From: Deltaproteobacteria bacterium
Lineage (GTDB): Bacteria > Myxococcota_A > UBA9160 > SMWR01
Assembly: GCA_024640705.1 (NCBI GenBank)
Contig: JAHEEJ010000002.1
Span: forward strand, 1-37,710
DNA: 37,710 nt
Direction: 5' to 3'
Below the pieces are notes generated by a model. That model did not search any database. It was not told where the DNA came from and saw nothing but the letters and a program-made list of their open reading frames with translations. Position numbers and translations under genes: made by a program. Below, in pieces: positions 9,240 to 19,325 of this stretch (position 1 is the stretch's first letter; the number at the start of each line of letters is the position of its first letter).

Positions 9240-9530
9240 CTAGATCCCCATATCGCTCAGCGCATCCGCCAGGCGACCAATCGTCTCCGTGATCTTCGGG
9301 TAGGATTTTTCGAATCTTTCGAGGCTGTCGGTCAGGCGATCGCGCAGAGAACTCGACAGCTCTCGCTCGTGGTCGGGATCGAGGGCCTCGAGAATCTCCT
9401 CGGCCGCGCTGCGCAGCTCGGCGCGAAGCTCCTCATCCAGATCGTCGGGGGCTTCGAGCGCCTCGCGCAACTCCTCGATGGTCTCGTTCAGTGACGGTCC
9501 AGGATCCGGCATATCTCCCATTCTCCCCAC
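9240..9530 (-). CDS. Small acidic helical protein, DUF4404-like
   Basis: ~90 aa, rich in Glu/Leu/Asp, ending ...RLADALSDMGI. This matches my recollection of DUF4404 proteins. The start is ambiguous: GTG 9530, ATG 9521 or ATG 9512. Confidence 0.5.
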   Translation of the reverse strand: MGRMGDMPDPGPSLNETIEELREALEAPDDLDEELRAELRSAAEEILEALDPDHERELSSSLRDRLTDSLERFEKSYPKITETIGRLADALSDMGI

Positions 9531-9576
9531 CCAGGAGCATGACCCCAGAATGGGGGCATGCGACGCCGCATAAGCT

Positions 9577-9591
9577 TTGGCCGAAGGCCAA
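9577..9591 (-). terminator. Short GC hairpin just after the ychF stop (TTGGCC-ttc-GGCCAA); possible weak terminator
   Basis: Perfect 6-bp stem with a 3-nt loop, 13 nt downstream of the ychF stop (9604). There is no U-tract, so the call is weak. Confidence 0.2.
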
Positions 9592-9603
9592 CGCGCAGCC
9601 AGC

Positions 9604-10641
9604 CTAGACGTTAAAGCGAAAGTGGACCACGTCGCCGTCTTGCATGATGTAGTCCTTGCCCTCGACCCGAGCCAGGCCCGCTTCGCGGCATTTGGCCTCG
9701 CTGCCGTGTTCGATCAGGTCCTTCCAGTTGATGACCTCGGCGCGGATGAAGCCGCGCTCGATATCCGAGTGGATCTTACCCGCCGCCCGCACGGCCCGGG
9801 AGCCGCGGGCCACCGGCCACGCCCGGCACTCGTCGGGACCGGAGGTCAGCATCGACACGAGGTCGATCAACTCGTAGGCGGCGCGGATGAAGCGATTGCG
9901 CGCGGGCTCGTCAAGGCCGAGTGAAGTGGCAAATTCGATCTGATCCTCTTCGGGCATCGACGCGATGTCCATTTCGACCTGTGCGGAGAGCACCACGACC
10001 CCGAGTCCGCGATCGCGCGCACTCGCCGCGATTTCCGGATCGACCTCGGAACCGATGCTGCCCTCGTCGACATTGATCACCAGCATCAGTGGCTTCTGGG
10101 TGAGCAACGCGTAGCCCGCGATCATCTTGCTCTCTTCTTCGCTGAGTTCGAAGGAGCGCAGCGGTCGTTCGTCCTCGAGGTGTGCCTGGATGCGCTGCAG
10201 CAGTTCGAGTTCGCGCGGATTGCTGCGGTCCTTGGCGAGGCGCTCGACGCGGCGCTCCACCAACTCGAGATCCGCGAGAATCGTCTCGGTCTCCAGGTCG
10301 GAAATCTCCCGCAACGGCTGCGGCGGTTCGCCGGCTGCGTCCGGAAATGCGCGCACCACCTGGCAGAGCGCATCCACCTCGCGCATCGCATTGAGGGTTT
10401 TGCGATCGAGGCCTTTCCCGCCCGCTCCGCCGAGGTCCGTGAACGCAACCTCGGCGTAGGTGGTCTTCTTGGGCTTGTAGAGCTCTGCGAGCGCGTCGAC
10501 GCGCGGGTCGGGAACCTTGACGACCCCGACGTTGACCTTGTCGCGGCCGGCCGCGTAGCCCGTCTCCACGGCGAGGCCCGTCAGGGCGCCAAACACCGTG
10601 CTCTTGCCGCTCTCGGGGAATCCGACCAATCCGATCTTCAT
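9604..10641 (-). CDS. ychF: Redox-regulated ribosome-binding ATPase YchF (Obg-like)
   Basis: The internal ATG at 10641 gives [22 protein letters not shown] (P-loop). The C-terminus [21 protein letters not shown]...[19 protein letters not shown] is nearly colinear with E. coli YchF (TGS domain). The 157-aa upstream extension in the track ORF is junk. Confidence 0.9.
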   Translation of the reverse strand: MKIGLVGFPESGKSTVFGALTGLAVETGYAAGRDKVNVGVVKVPDPRVDALAELYKPKKTTYAEVAFTDLGGAGGKGLDRKTLNAMREVDALCQVVRAFPDAAGEPPQPLREISDLETETILADLELVERRVERLAKDRSNPRELELLQRIQAHLEDERPLRSFELSEEESKMIAGYALLTQKPLMLVINVDEGSIGSEVDPEIAASARDRGLGVVVLSAQVEMDIASMPEEDQIEFATSLGLDEPARNRFIRAAYELIDLVSMLTSGPDECRAWPVARGSRAVRAAGKIHSDIERGFIRAEVINWKDLIEHGSEAKCREAGLARVEGKDYIMQDGDVVHFRFNV

Positions 10642-10691
10642 GGAACGCGGACCGTACAACACGAGAGTCGGCGGCGGCCAGCCGGCACCGG

Positions 10692-11957
10692 CTAGGCCTC
10701 CTTCGACTGCGGCGTCGGCAACTCGGCAGGCGGCGGCCAGGCGCCTTTCAGGGGCTGAGTCCGCAGTCCAATCAGCGTCAAGGCCGCCGCGAGCGCGAAA
10801 GCTCCAGTTTCCTGGGGGTGGGCGACACCCAGCCAACCGATCACGACCATCAGAAATCGGAGATCGATGTAGGCGCGAGACCAGGTTGCCAGCGTCGCGC
10901 GACCGGTCCAGATCCAGCGCAGACCGGGTCCCAACAACACGAGATCCAACGGAAAGAAGATCCACGCGTTTTGATTGCTCATCCAGATCGTACCGGTCGA
11001 AAAGAGCGAAATCGGCAGCAACGCGAGACCCAGCGAGCCGAAGAGTGCGGCCGTCGAGACCAATACCAGCCCCGCCAATCGGGAAAGCCACGCGACGTTT
11101 CCGCGGGTCCACCAGGCCGTCAAGCCACTGAGCCCGAAGAGCAGGCCCAGGACGGCCCCGATCGCCACGACGAGTTCGCGACCGGCTCGAACACTGCCTC
11201 CAACCGCAGGCGCCGCTTTGCGCTGATACAGCACTTCCTCGAAGGCGACCAATGGCGTGCCTTCGCCGAGCGCGGGATTCTCCGTGGCGGCCAGAATTTC
11301 GCGCATTCGGTGGGGCATGAAGCTCAGCTGCCAGGCGCCTACCCGGTCTTCACCGTGCGGTCCCGCGCCGAGGTCGAGAGCGATCAGCGCGAGCATCCGC
11401 CCGGACCCCGCGGCCAGAATTTCTTCGCGGTAGGTGCGCTCGATCGACATTGCGTAGGCGGCCCGCTGAACGGCCCCGCCCGTCACGTCGTTGAGCAGAT
11501 CCCGCAGACGAGTCGAACAATTGTCGGCAACGTGGTTGTAGGCGTACTCGACATTCTCGGGCTGAAGATTCCACTCGAGCCGCTCGAGCAGGTAGGCGAT
11601 CTGGTCGTCCGCCAGGTTCAAACGCTGGGTATGGATCTGGCGATCCCTGCGCCGATAGTCTTCGAAGCGAATCTGGGTGGACGAACGGCGCAGCCAGAAC
11701 TTCGCCCGCCCCATTGCCGCCTCTACCATGAAACCCGGGCGTTGAAAGTCCGCAACGCCAAAGTCGTAGGCATCGTCCCGACCGGTTTCTGCGTCGATAA
11801 CGCGGAGCAGGATGTGGCCGAAGCGCGTATCGATCGCGTAATCGGGGCCGATCGTCAACAGCTCGACCCGGGTCTCAGCAGCGCTCGCTTCGAACAGGGA
11901 GATCGCGGAAAACAAAGCGGCCAGGACCAGCTTGGGCAACCGTGCAGGTGATTTCAT
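10692..11957 (-). CDS. DUF4105 (Lnb N-terminal periplasmic domain) protein with C-terminal multi-TM region
   Basis: Signal peptide [34 protein letters not shown] and [11 protein letters not shown] match the DUF4105 hallmark (GH...R / NCST). The C-terminal third is hydrophobic. The start overlaps the stop of the upstream SCO gene by 4 nt (11954-11957). Confidence 0.7.
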   Translation of the reverse strand: MKSPARLPKLVLAALFSAISLFEASAAETRVELLTIGPDYAIDTRFGHILLRVIDAETGRDDAYDFGVADFQRPGFMVEAAMGRAKFWLRRSSTQIRFEDYRRRDRQIHTQRLNLADDQIAYLLERLEWNLQPENVEYAYNHVADNCSTRLRDLLNDVTGGAVQRAAYAMSIERTYREEILAAGSGRMLALIALDLGAGPHGEDRVGAWQLSFMPHRMREILAATENPALGEGTPLVAFEEVLYQRKAAPAVGGSVRAGRELVVAIGAVLGLLFGLSGLTAWWTRGNVAWLSRLAGLVLVSTAALFGSLGLALLPISLFSTGTIWMSNQNAWIFFPLDLVLLGPGLRWIWTGRATLATWSRAYIDLRFLMVVIGWLGVAHPQETGAFALAAALTLIGLRTQPLKGAWPPPAELPTPQSKEA

Positions 11958-12673
11958 CGACCCGCTCCCCGTTGAGGCTCCGATGACGGCTGCTCTTCGA
12001 GGAGCAAGGTCTCTATGTCTCGGAGCAAGATTTTGTGGTCGAGAAATCCAGTGCTGTAGATGTTTCGGATCGCGTGATCGGAGTCCACGAGAAATACCTT
12101 GGCGATGTGGCGGATCACACCGAGTGATCTTCCGTCCTCCGCTGACACGAGCCGGAGAGCATCCTGCCCGAAGTCATCGAGCACGGGGCGAATCTCCCGA
12201 TCGGATCCGGCGGTCCGAAAGTGCCACTCTCCAATTGGTTTCAAATGATCGCGAAGGGTTGCCAAACGCTCTGGCGTGTCGTTCACGGGGTCGAACGAAA
12301 CCGTCACCAGCTGGACGCGACGCGCGAGATCGGGATTCGCCGCGAGCGTCCGATCCATTCGCCGCAGCGATGCCAGCACCAATGGGCATCCGCCGGCGTC
12401 TGGGCAGCTCGCGTACACGAAGGAAACCACCGCGCAGCCCCCGGGCTGGATATCCAGCAGGGGAACGCGCTCTCCCGAGGCATTCAGCAGCTCGTAGCGC
12501 CCGACCCGGTCGATCACCGGCAGCTCGTAGCTGCCGGGCTCCGGGAGTTGATAGAGCGGCTGCCCGTCCGGCGATTCGGCGGTCGCGACCAGCGCGAAAG
12601 CAGGGCTGGCCAAGACCGCACACAGCAGGCGCACGGCGGTCCGGCGATTGGCGGCGGCGAACGAAATTCGCAT
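11954..12673 (-). CDS. SCO1/SenC-family thioredoxin-fold copper chaperone (variant CX5C site)
   Basis: ATG at 12673 with GAGG 8 nt upstream; the track start at 12679 is a GTG. There is a signal-like N-terminus. VVSFVYASCPDAGGCPLV stands where canonical SCO has CPDxCP. A downstream His (VIRHIAKVFLVD) is in the expected position. Confidence 0.75.
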   Translation of the reverse strand: MRISFAAANRRTAVRLLCAVLASPAFALVATAESPDGQPLYQLPEPGSYELPVIDRVGRYELLNASGERVPLLDIQPGGCAVVSFVYASCPDAGGCPLVLASLRRMDRTLAANPDLARRVQLVTVSFDPVNDTPERLATLRDHLKPIGEWHFRTAGSDREIRPVLDDFGQDALRLVSAEDGRSLGVIRHIAKVFLVDSDHAIRNIYSTGFLDHKILLRDIETLLLEEQPSSEPQRGAGR

Positions 12674-12816
12674 GCACACGACCTCGGTATGGAGGCGATC
12701 GTAACACCTTTGCGGGCGTTACCGCCGCCATCTGCGAGGGTGATCCGCGGCGAGCGCGCCGGATTCGGCCGGCCGGGCTTTCCACGCGCACCGCGGCACG
12801 GCACACTGCCTGTCCT

Positions 12817-13653
12817 GTGAGCTACCGAATCCTTGCGCTCGACATCGATGGAACGATTCTGGACCCGTACGGAAAGTTGCCCGCGGCGGTCCGCGAAGCG
12901 GTCGCGGCCGCTCGACGCCGCGGCCTCTGGGTCATCCTCTGCACGGGCAGACGCTTTCGAACCGCCCTTCCCTGGGCCCAGGAGCTCCAACTCGAAGGCA
13001 GCATCGTCATCAACAACGGCACCCTGGTGAAGAACATCCAAAGCGGCGAAACCCTGCGACACGCCTACCTTCCAGTCGACGAGTACGCTTCGGTCATTGC
13101 GTTCGTTCGCCGTCGGGGATCGCCACTCGTCTACGTCGATACCTATCACGATCACGTCGATCTGATCACGGAGCGCTGCTCGGAGACCCACGCCTACCAG
13201 CGCGAATACCTGAACGACAACACCGAATTCTTTCAGACGGTAGACGACCTGCACAGTCAACCGAGATCCGACGTGATCATGGTGAGCACGATGGCCGATG
13301 AGGCGACGCTCACGGCGCTGCGCCAAGAAGCGCGCGACGAATTCGGCGATCGACTCCACACCCACACCCTGATCAACAAGAACTATCAGGGGCTGATCCT
13401 CGAATTCCTGTCGCCGAAGTCGGGGAAATGGCCTGCGCTCGAAGCGGTCGCCGCCGAGGCGGGCGTCGTGCCAGAAGAAATCATCGCCATCGGAGACGAC
13501 ACCAACGATATCGAGATGATTCGCCGCGCCGGACTCGGGATCGCGATGGGAAACGCCGCTGCAGAAGTCAAACAAAGCGCCGATCGCGTGGTCCGCAGCA
13601 ACGCCGAAGGCGGCGTAGCCGAAGCCATCGAGAAAGCCCTGCTGATCCTATGA
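12817..13653 (+). CDS. HAD-superfamily hydrolase, Cof/IIB subfamily (sugar-phosphatase-like)
   Basis: GTG at 12817 gives VSYRILALDIDGTIL (HAD motif I near the N-terminus). Further motifs are LCTGR and the C-terminal IAIGDDTNDIEMIRRAGLGIAMGNA (motif IV). The upstream 295 codons of track ORF 11932.. are antisense to the SCO gene. Confidence 0.8.
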   Translation: MSYRILALDIDGTILDPYGKLPAAVREAVAAARRRGLWVILCTGRRFRTALPWAQELQLEGSIVINNGTLVKNIQSGETLRHAYLPVDEYASVIAFVRRRGSPLVYVDTYHDHVDLITERCSETHAYQREYLNDNTEFFQTVDDLHSQPRSDVIMVSTMADEATLTALRQEARDEFGDRLHTHTLINKNYQGLILEFLSPKSGKWPALEAVAAEAGVVPEEIIAIGDDTNDIEMIRRAGLGIAMGNAAAEVKQSADRVVRSNAEGGVAEAIEKALLIL

Positions 13654-13658
13654 GAGCG

Positions 13659-13677
13659 CGACCCCAGTATGGGGTCG
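13659..13677. terminator. Hairpin between convergent genes (CGACCCC-agtat-GGGGTCG)
   Basis: Perfect 7-bp GC-rich stem with a 5-nt loop, placed between the HAD stop (13653) and the UbiA-family stop (13709). No clear U-tract on either side. Confidence 0.35.
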
Positions 13678-13708
13678 TGCGACGATCGGACGGGCTGGCT
13701 CTGGCCCG

Positions 13709-14710
13709 TCAACCCAATGGCAGCGGGAAGATCGCGTCCAGAAGCAAAGCGAGAACGAAGAGCGCCCCCGCGATTCGCGCCAGCGAAAAAGTGGGCACCG
13801 CGTACCAAAGCGGCCAGTAGGGGAAGTCGGGAGGCACGGTTTCGGGGCGCGGCTGCGAGTGGATCTTCAGCGCCCGCCAAAGCTGGGGTGCGGCTACGAG
13901 CACGAGCAGAGCCCAGACACCGACTTTCCCGACGAGAACCAGGCAGATGACAAAGACGAAAAACAAGACCATCAGCTGCTGGTTCAGGAACAGCGCGCGA
14001 TCCACGCCCATGCGAACCGGCAGCGTCCCGATCCCGCGCTGCGAATCGAATTCGATCTTGTCGATGTGTTTTCCGATCAGGACGGCCGTGACGAGCAACG
14101 CGTACGGCAGGCTGGCGACCAGAATCCAGGGTTCGAGGCCGCCCGTCGTCGCAAAGTAGGTACCGCCGATCATCAATGGGCCCCAGACCAGCGCCACCGC
14201 GGGCTCGCCGAGGCCGCGATGTTTCAGTTGAATGGGCGGCGCACCGTAGCCGACGCCCGCGAAGATCCCGAGCAACGCGAAAGCCGCCACCGGCCAGCCC
14301 TGAACCTCGGTGAGGTACAGGATGCTTCCGAGGGCCAGCAGCTCGGCGAGCGCGATCGCGAGAATCAGGCCGGCCTTCGACGTCAAACCGGAGAGAATCG
14401 GGTGGGGGGCGTTTTGGACGCGACGGTACTCGTCCGCATCGATGCCGGTTTCGAGATCGAGGAAGTCGTTGATCATGTTGCTGGCGGCCTGGGCCAGGAC
14501 CAGAGCGAAAAGCGCAATCGCGAAACACCCCCAACGGGCGTTGGGATTGCCCAGCGCGAGCAGCCCACCGATCGCCCCGGACGTGATCGTCAATGGGAAG
14601 AGGCTGGCCCGCGCAATCAGCAGCCAGCGCGATACGGGATCCATCACCCGTCCGGGAGAGAGATTCTGGGTGCGCAGAATCTCGCCCCAATTGCGAAGTT
14701 CCGATCTCAT
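13709..14710 (-). CDS. UbiA-family aromatic prenyltransferase (MenA-like)
   Basis: ATG at 14710 preceded by GAAGGA. Polytopic, with about 8-9 TM helices. NMINDFLDLETGID matches the first Asp-rich motif (NDxxDxxxGxD) of the UbiA/MenA family, and a second region reads GKHIDKIEFD. Confidence 0.8.
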   Translation of the reverse strand: MRSELRNWGEILRTQNLSPGRVMDPVSRWLLIARASLFPLTITSGAIGGLLALGNPNARWGCFAIALFALVLAQAASNMINDFLDLETGIDADEYRRVQNAPHPILSGLTSKAGLILAIALAELLALGSILYLTEVQGWPVAAFALLGIFAGVGYGAPPIQLKHRGLGEPAVALVWGPLMIGGTYFATTGGLEPWILVASLPYALLVTAVLIGKHIDKIEFDSQRGIGTLPVRMGVDRALFLNQQLMVLFFVFVICLVLVGKVGVWALLVLVAAPQLWRALKIHSQPRPETVPPDFPYWPLWYAVPTFSLARIAGALFVLALLLDAIFPLPLG

Positions 14711-14720
14711 CGAATCCTTC

Positions 14721-14748
14721 TGTGGCGCTTTCGCGGAGGCGCGCCACA
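14721..14748 (-). other. 8-bp inverted repeat (TGTGGCGC-N12-GCGCCACA) abutting the SD of the UbiA-family gene
   Basis: Read directly from the sequence. It lies in the 110-nt spacer between the phosphatase stop (14821) and the prenyltransferase start (14710). On the minus strand it is followed immediately by gaaggattcgATG. Confidence 0.3.
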
Positions 14749-14820
14749 CGGGGGAACACATTCCAGCCTAGCTGAATTGGTGGCGGGGTCTAGCCGATCG
14801 CGAGCAGGCCGGGCGAGCCT

Positions 14821-15927
14821 CTACTCGAGGAAATGATGCTCCAACTTCGCGCGCATTCCGGTATCCAGCCCGAGCGCCTGCTCGAGGTAGGCGTCGACCG
14901 AACCGTAGCGGGCCACCATTTCGTCTAGAGCAACCTGCAGATATTCCCGCCTCGCCTCGATCAATGGCAGCATGTCTTCGGGGTCGGTCCTGAAGAAGGA
15001 ATACAGCGGAATCCAGCGAAGAATGAACCGGAAGAAATCCTGCTGATAGTAGTTGGTTCTCAGGTAGTCCTCGAAAACGGTCTCTTCGGGAACGCCTAGC
15101 GCGAGCAGCACGAGAGCGGATGCAAACCCGGTCCTGTCTTTACCAGCCGTGCAGTGCACCACGGTGGGCAGGTTCTCTTCCCGCACCAGGCGCTGAAACA
15201 TCGCGGTCCATTCCGCCGAGTAGTCGTTGACGAAGGCTCGATAGGCGTCCCGCATCGTCTGCTCGAGTCCGAGGGCCACCAGGCCGCCGGTCCGGATCTT
15301 CACCCGCAGACCCTCGGGATCGACACCTTCCTGATTTACCGGCAGGTCGAGGATTTCGGGCTCATCGTCGATGGTGCGGTCCGGCCTGGCGCTGCGCTCG
15401 GTATCCGAGCGAAAATCACACACCAGCTTGACGTCGAACTGGGATAGATACTCGAGGTCTGAACGAGTCAGTTTGGATAGTTCACTCGTCCGGTAGAGGC
15501 GATTCCAGCGAACCGTCCGACCATCCCTCGTCTCGTAGCCACCGAGATCGCGAAAATTGTCGCAGCACGCCAGTGGCAGCCGCCGTTCGGCGGTCACGAC
15601 CGATGCGCCACCCGATGCCGGTACGAGTTCGAAATAGAGTCTTCGGCTGCCCCGGATGTTGGGGTCGTCGGCATCCGTCAGAACCACCGATTGACCTTCC
15701 ACCACCGCGAGTGCAATGGAACGATTGATGAAGGACGGGTCGATCCCGCGGTAGACGACCACCGCACCGCTCGAAAAAGACTCCGGCCAGCGGATCCGAA
15801 GCGAAGATTCGCCGAGCCGATCCACGGCCGGCCTCTGGAGCGGCTGCTCGGGAACCCAAAAAGTCGGCGCCGCACACGCGACGAATGCAATCGCGGTGGC
15901 GGCGAGAAATGACGCGCGGATCGACAT
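14821..15927 (-). CDS. Secreted protein-tyrosine/dual-specificity phosphatase (Y_phosphatase3-like, CX5R)
   Basis: The internal ATG at 15927 gives the signal peptide MSIRASFLAATAIAFVACAAP. The active-site loop is VVHCTAGKDRTGF (HCX5R). NFRDLGG is upstream, as in the Y_phosphatase3 family. A ~110-aa extra N-terminal domain precedes the catalytic domain. Confidence 0.8.
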   Translation of the reverse strand: MSIRASFLAATAIAFVACAAPTFWVPEQPLQRPAVDRLGESSLRIRWPESFSSGAVVVYRGIDPSFINRSIALAVVEGQSVVLTDADDPNIRGSRRLYFELVPASGGASVVTAERRLPLACCDNFRDLGGYETRDGRTVRWNRLYRTSELSKLTRSDLEYLSQFDVKLVCDFRSDTERSARPDRTIDDEPEILDLPVNQEGVDPEGLRVKIRTGGLVALGLEQTMRDAYRAFVNDYSAEWTAMFQRLVREENLPTVVHCTAGKDRTGFASALVLLALGVPEETVFEDYLRTNYYQQDFFRFILRWIPLYSFFRTDPEDMLPLIEARREYLQVALDEMVARYGSVDAYLEQALGLDTGMRAKLEHHFLE

Positions 15928-16126
15928 CGCCCCCTCGAAACCAAAAATTCGCGGCTGGACTGTAGCGCCAGAAAGCCGCGGTCGAGCCTTGCCGCTCGCT
16001 GCGGCTCCGCTGGAGATTCTCTCCCCGCGCTTCTCGCATTCCGCCCCAGCTCGATCGCCGCACCCGCGCAGCGGGCGGTGCGGCCAGTCTGGCGAGCCCA
16101 GCGGGTATTGGTAGGCTGCGGGGCCC

Positions 16127-16894
16127 ATGCCGAGAAGCAAACCGCGCGCGCGCAGCCGAGCGAAAAAACGCCGACTGTTCAGAGCCGTTGCGCTCGGATT
16201 CGCACTGGTTCTGCTTCTCGGGGTCGCCGCGACCGCAATCCCCGTCACCCTGCTCGCATCGATCGCGCCGCCGACGACGTCGTTCATGCTCCTGAGCCGC
16301 GTTTTCGACCCCGCCACGGGTCGAAGCTGCGACGTGGTGGATTATTCATGGTTGGACTTCGAAGCGATCGCGCCGGATCTCGGCCTCGCCGTGATCGTCG
16401 CCGAAGACCAGCGCTTCTTCGAGCACGCGGGCTTCGATCTGAACGCAATCAGCCGGGCACTCACCGATCACTCCGACGGCAGCCGACTGCGCGGAGCGAG
16501 CACCATCAGCCAACAGGTGGCGAAAAACCTGTTCCTCTGGCCGGGTCGGAGCCTGGTCCGCAAGGGACTGGAGGTGTGGTTTACCGCCTGGCTCGAGCGG
16601 GTGTGGTCGAAACGACGGATCCTCGAAGTCTATTTGAACATCGCGCAGTTCGGTCCCTGCCTGTTCGGCGCGGGGGCAGCGAGCGACCGATACTTCAACA
16701 CCGAGGCCATTGCGTTGAGCCCGAGCGAAGCTGCGCTGCTCGCCACCGTGCTGCCCAATCCGCAACGCATGAGCGCAGCGAACCCGGGGCCCTACGCGAG
16801 CGAGCGGAGTACGGAAATTCTCGAATTGATGGACTGGCATCGGGACAAGTCGATCGGAGAGCACCTCTCGCGAATTGCCAGCAGAGATGAATGA
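16127..16894 (+). CDS. mtgA: Monofunctional biosynthetic peptidoglycan transglycosylase
   Basis: Basic N-terminus plus a TM helix. AEDQRFFEHAGFD, RGASTISQQVAKNLFL and RKGLEVWFTAWLE are the GT51 motifs in MtgA order. Length ~255 aa. Confidence 0.9.
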   Translation: MPRSKPRARSRAKKRRLFRAVALGFALVLLLGVAATAIPVTLLASIAPPTTSFMLLSRVFDPATGRSCDVVDYSWLDFEAIAPDLGLAVIVAEDQRFFEHAGFDLNAISRALTDHSDGSRLRGASTISQQVAKNLFLWPGRSLVRKGLEVWFTAWLERVWSKRRILEVYLNIAQFGPCLFGAGAASDRYFNTEAIALSPSEAALLATVLPNPQRMSAANPGPYASERSTEILELMDWHRDKSIGEHLSRIASRDE

Positions 16895-16937
16895 ATGGCC
16901 GAGCGATCTGCGAATGAATCGCCGGGTACGGCGAGGA

Positions 16938-17918
16938 TCAGTCTTGCGGGGCGCTTTCCGCGGCCTGCTTGGCGTCGAGGGCGGCGTTGAGGTTGCGCAG
17001 GATCTTCAACTTGTCACTGCCCTCGGCCTGAAGGGCCAACTCGTAATGGGCCACCGCATCGTCTAGCAGTCCGTTCATGTAGTAGACGTAACCAAGGTTG
17101 TTTTCAGCGGCCTGTTCGCTTCCCGCGGATCGAAATGCGCTCATGGCATCCGCGTATCGGCGTTGTCTTCCCAACGCAATTCCGAGATTGTTGCGGTAGG
17201 CGGGATCATTCGGTTCGAGCGCGATCGCACTGCGGAAGGCCTTTTCCGCCAGGACGGCATCGCCCGCTCGAAGATTGGCAATTCCATAGTTGTTGACGAT
17301 TGCCGAATTCTGCGGCGCCAGCTCGGCGGCCAGGCGGGCGTGTTCCTGTGCATCTTGATACAGCTGCATCTCACCGAGCACGAGCGCGTATGCGCCGTGA
17401 GCGTCGGGCGACGAGGGATCCAACTCGAGCGCCGTCTCGAGATAGCCCGCCGCCTCCTCGGTATCCCCCTGCGCGAGCTTTGCCAGCCCCAAGCCTACGT
17501 AAGCCATTGTCGAATTCGGATCGGACTCGATGACCGTCTGGAAAACACCTTCGGCCTGGTCGGGTTGACGGGCCAAATTGAGGTAGGCGATCCCTTCGTG
17601 GGGACGCGAATCCGTCGGATTCAGACGGAAGGCCTCGAAGTAGAGCCGCATCGCCTGCTCGGAGTCTCCGGCGCGATGGGAGCGATGAGCCGCGGCCAAC
17701 GTTTCCTCGAACGTCGGCTTGTCGTCTTCTTCAGTCTCCTCGACCTCCGCCGCGGCCCTCTCGGCCATGTACTGGCGGTACTCTTCGAGCGAAGTCTCGG
17801 TCTCCGTAGCGCCCCACGGCGATGCACAGCCCGTCAGGGCCAGCCAAGCGAGACCGGCCACGAGTACAGAAGCAACCCGAACCGGCAAATGGAGTGCATG
17901 AGTCATCCGCTCTCTCAT
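16938..17918 (-). CDS. TPR-repeat lipoprotein, TadD-like
   Basis: Lipobox LALTGC|AS, then repeated TPR-like units (AxxxxxxALxLxPxxxxA pattern). It is the last gene of the tad cluster, directly after cpaF. Confidence 0.7.
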   Translation of the reverse strand: MRERMTHALHLPVRVASVLVAGLAWLALTGCASPWGATETETSLEEYRQYMAERAAAEVEETEEDDKPTFEETLAAAHRSHRAGDSEQAMRLYFEAFRLNPTDSRPHEGIAYLNLARQPDQAEGVFQTVIESDPNSTMAYVGLGLAKLAQGDTEEAAGYLETALELDPSSPDAHGAYALVLGEMQLYQDAQEHARLAAELAPQNSAIVNNYGIANLRAGDAVLAEKAFRSAIALEPNDPAYRNNLGIALGRQRRYADAMSAFRSAGSEQAAENNLGYVYYMNGLLDDAVAHYELALQAEGSDKLKILRNLNAALDAKQAAESAPQD

Positions 17919-17950
17919 CGGCAGCCGGTTTTTGGGACTTGATGCCAGCG

Positions 17951-19324
17951 CTATTTGGCGTGCCGCTCGAAGAGGTTCGCCGGGAGCGGGTGTCCAGCTA
18001 GCTTGAGCTTTTCAGCGAACTTCGGCCGAACACCGGTCGGTACGATGTCTCCGAGCACGTTGCCATCGGCATCGATCCCCAGCCGTTCGAAGGTGAAGAT
18101 CTCCTGCATGGTGACGATATCGCCCTCCATGCCGGTGATCTCCTGCAGACTCACGAGTTTTCGCCGGCCATCGCTGAGGCGCGAGAGCTGGACCACCACA
18201 TCGATCGCCGACGCGATCTGGCTGCGGACGGAGCGCTGGGGCATGTCGAGCCCCGCCATCGCGACCATCGTCTCGACGCGACTCAGCGCGTCCCGGGGTG
18301 TGTTGGCGTGAACCGTCGTCAGCGAACCGTCGTGACCCGTGTTCATCGCCTGCAGCATGTCGAGCGACTCCGCTCCTCGAACCTCACCGACCACGATGCG
18401 GTCGGGGCGCATCCGAAGACTGTTGATCACGAGATCGCGCTGCGCGATCCGTCCGGTGCCCTCGATGTTCGCGGGGCGTGTCTCGAGCCTGACTACATGA
18501 TCCTGTTTCAGTTGGAGTTCCGCCGAGTCTTCGATCGTGACGATGCGCTCGTCTCGGGGAATGAAACTCGAAACCACATTGAGCAGGGTCGTCTTACCGG
18601 AGCCCGTGCCACCGGAAATCAGCACGTTCAATCGGCACGCGACGATTGCACTCAGGAGCTCGACAATTTCAGGCGTGAGCGCCCCATATTCGATGAGATT
18701 TTCGACCGTCAGGGGATCGGTTCCAAATCGGCGAATCGACATCGCGGGCCCGTCGAGAGCGAGCGGGGGAATGATCACGTTCACGCGAGAGCCGTCCGCG
18801 AGCCGCGCGTCGACCAGCGGAGAGGATTCGTCGATTCTTCGTCCCACAGCGGATACGATCTTGTCGATGATACGCATCAGGTGGGCGTCGTCCCTGAAGC
18901 GAGCGACCGTCTTCTCGAGCTTGCCGCGCCGCTCGATGAAGATGTGGCCGCTGCCGTTGACCAGGATGTCCGAAATCGTCGGATCCTGAAGCAGGGGCTC
19001 GAGCGGGCCCAGGCCGAAGACTTCGTCTTGAATCTCTTTCACAAAGCGCTCGCGCTCTTCCAACGTCAGCAGGAACTTCTCTTCTTCGAGGATCTGAACC
19101 GTTGCGGTCGCGATGTCCGAGCAGACCCGGTCTTCGCTTACCGTCGAAATGCGCGCGAAGTCGATCACATCGAACAATCGATTGTGGACCCGCGACTTCA
19201 AATCCTGGTACAGCGCATCTCGCCCAGGTACCGAGGGAGTTCGCTTGCCGTTCGTCGGCTGCTTGGCGGGGGTTGCCGCGGCAGGCGACGGCGAAGAACC
19301 TTTCAGACGATCGAGCAGAGCCAC
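17951..19324 (-). CDS. cpaF: Tad pilus secretion ATPase CpaF/TadA
   Basis: GTG at 19324 preceded by AGGAGG. Walker A is [14 protein letters not shown]. Also [10 protein letters not shown], the Asp box, Walker [10 protein letters not shown] and the His box [13 protein letters not shown], which are typical of the VirB11/TadA family. Confidence 0.92.
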   Translation of the reverse strand: MALLDRLKGSSPSPAAATPAKQPTNGKRTPSVPGRDALYQDLKSRVHNRLFDVIDFARISTVSEDRVCSDIATATVQILEEEKFLLTLEERERFVKEIQDEVFGLGPLEPLLQDPTISDILVNGSGHIFIERRGKLEKTVARFRDDAHLMRIIDKIVSAVGRRIDESSPLVDARLADGSRVNVIIPPLALDGPAMSIRRFGTDPLTVENLIEYGALTPEIVELLSAIVACRLNVLISGGTGSGKTTLLNVVSSFIPRDERIVTIEDSAELQLKQDHVVRLETRPANIEGTGRIAQRDLVINSLRMRPDRIVVGEVRGAESLDMLQAMNTGHDGSLTTVHANTPRDALSRVETMVAMAGLDMPQRSVRSQIASAIDVVVQLSRLSDGRRKLVSLQEITGMEGDIVTMQEIFTFERLGIDADGNVLGDIVPTGVRPKFAEKLKLAGHPLPANLFERHAK

Positions 19325-19325
19325 G

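Noticed and set aside
9604-11112. N-terminal extensions in several track ORFs (ychF to 11112, phosphatase to 16317, HAD from 11932, secretin to 22528, OMP to 5043, CoA-transferase to 35512)
   Set aside because: The extensions overlap neighbouring genes and lack family similarity. Internal starts with SD sequences give canonical N-termini (a P-loop, a signal peptide or the DIDGT motif).
13386-14759. 457-aa minus-strand ORF overlapping the HAD and UbiA genes
   Set aside because: It is an alternate frame of the UbiA-family gene and antisense to the HAD 3' end. The translation is Arg/Pro/Gly-rich.
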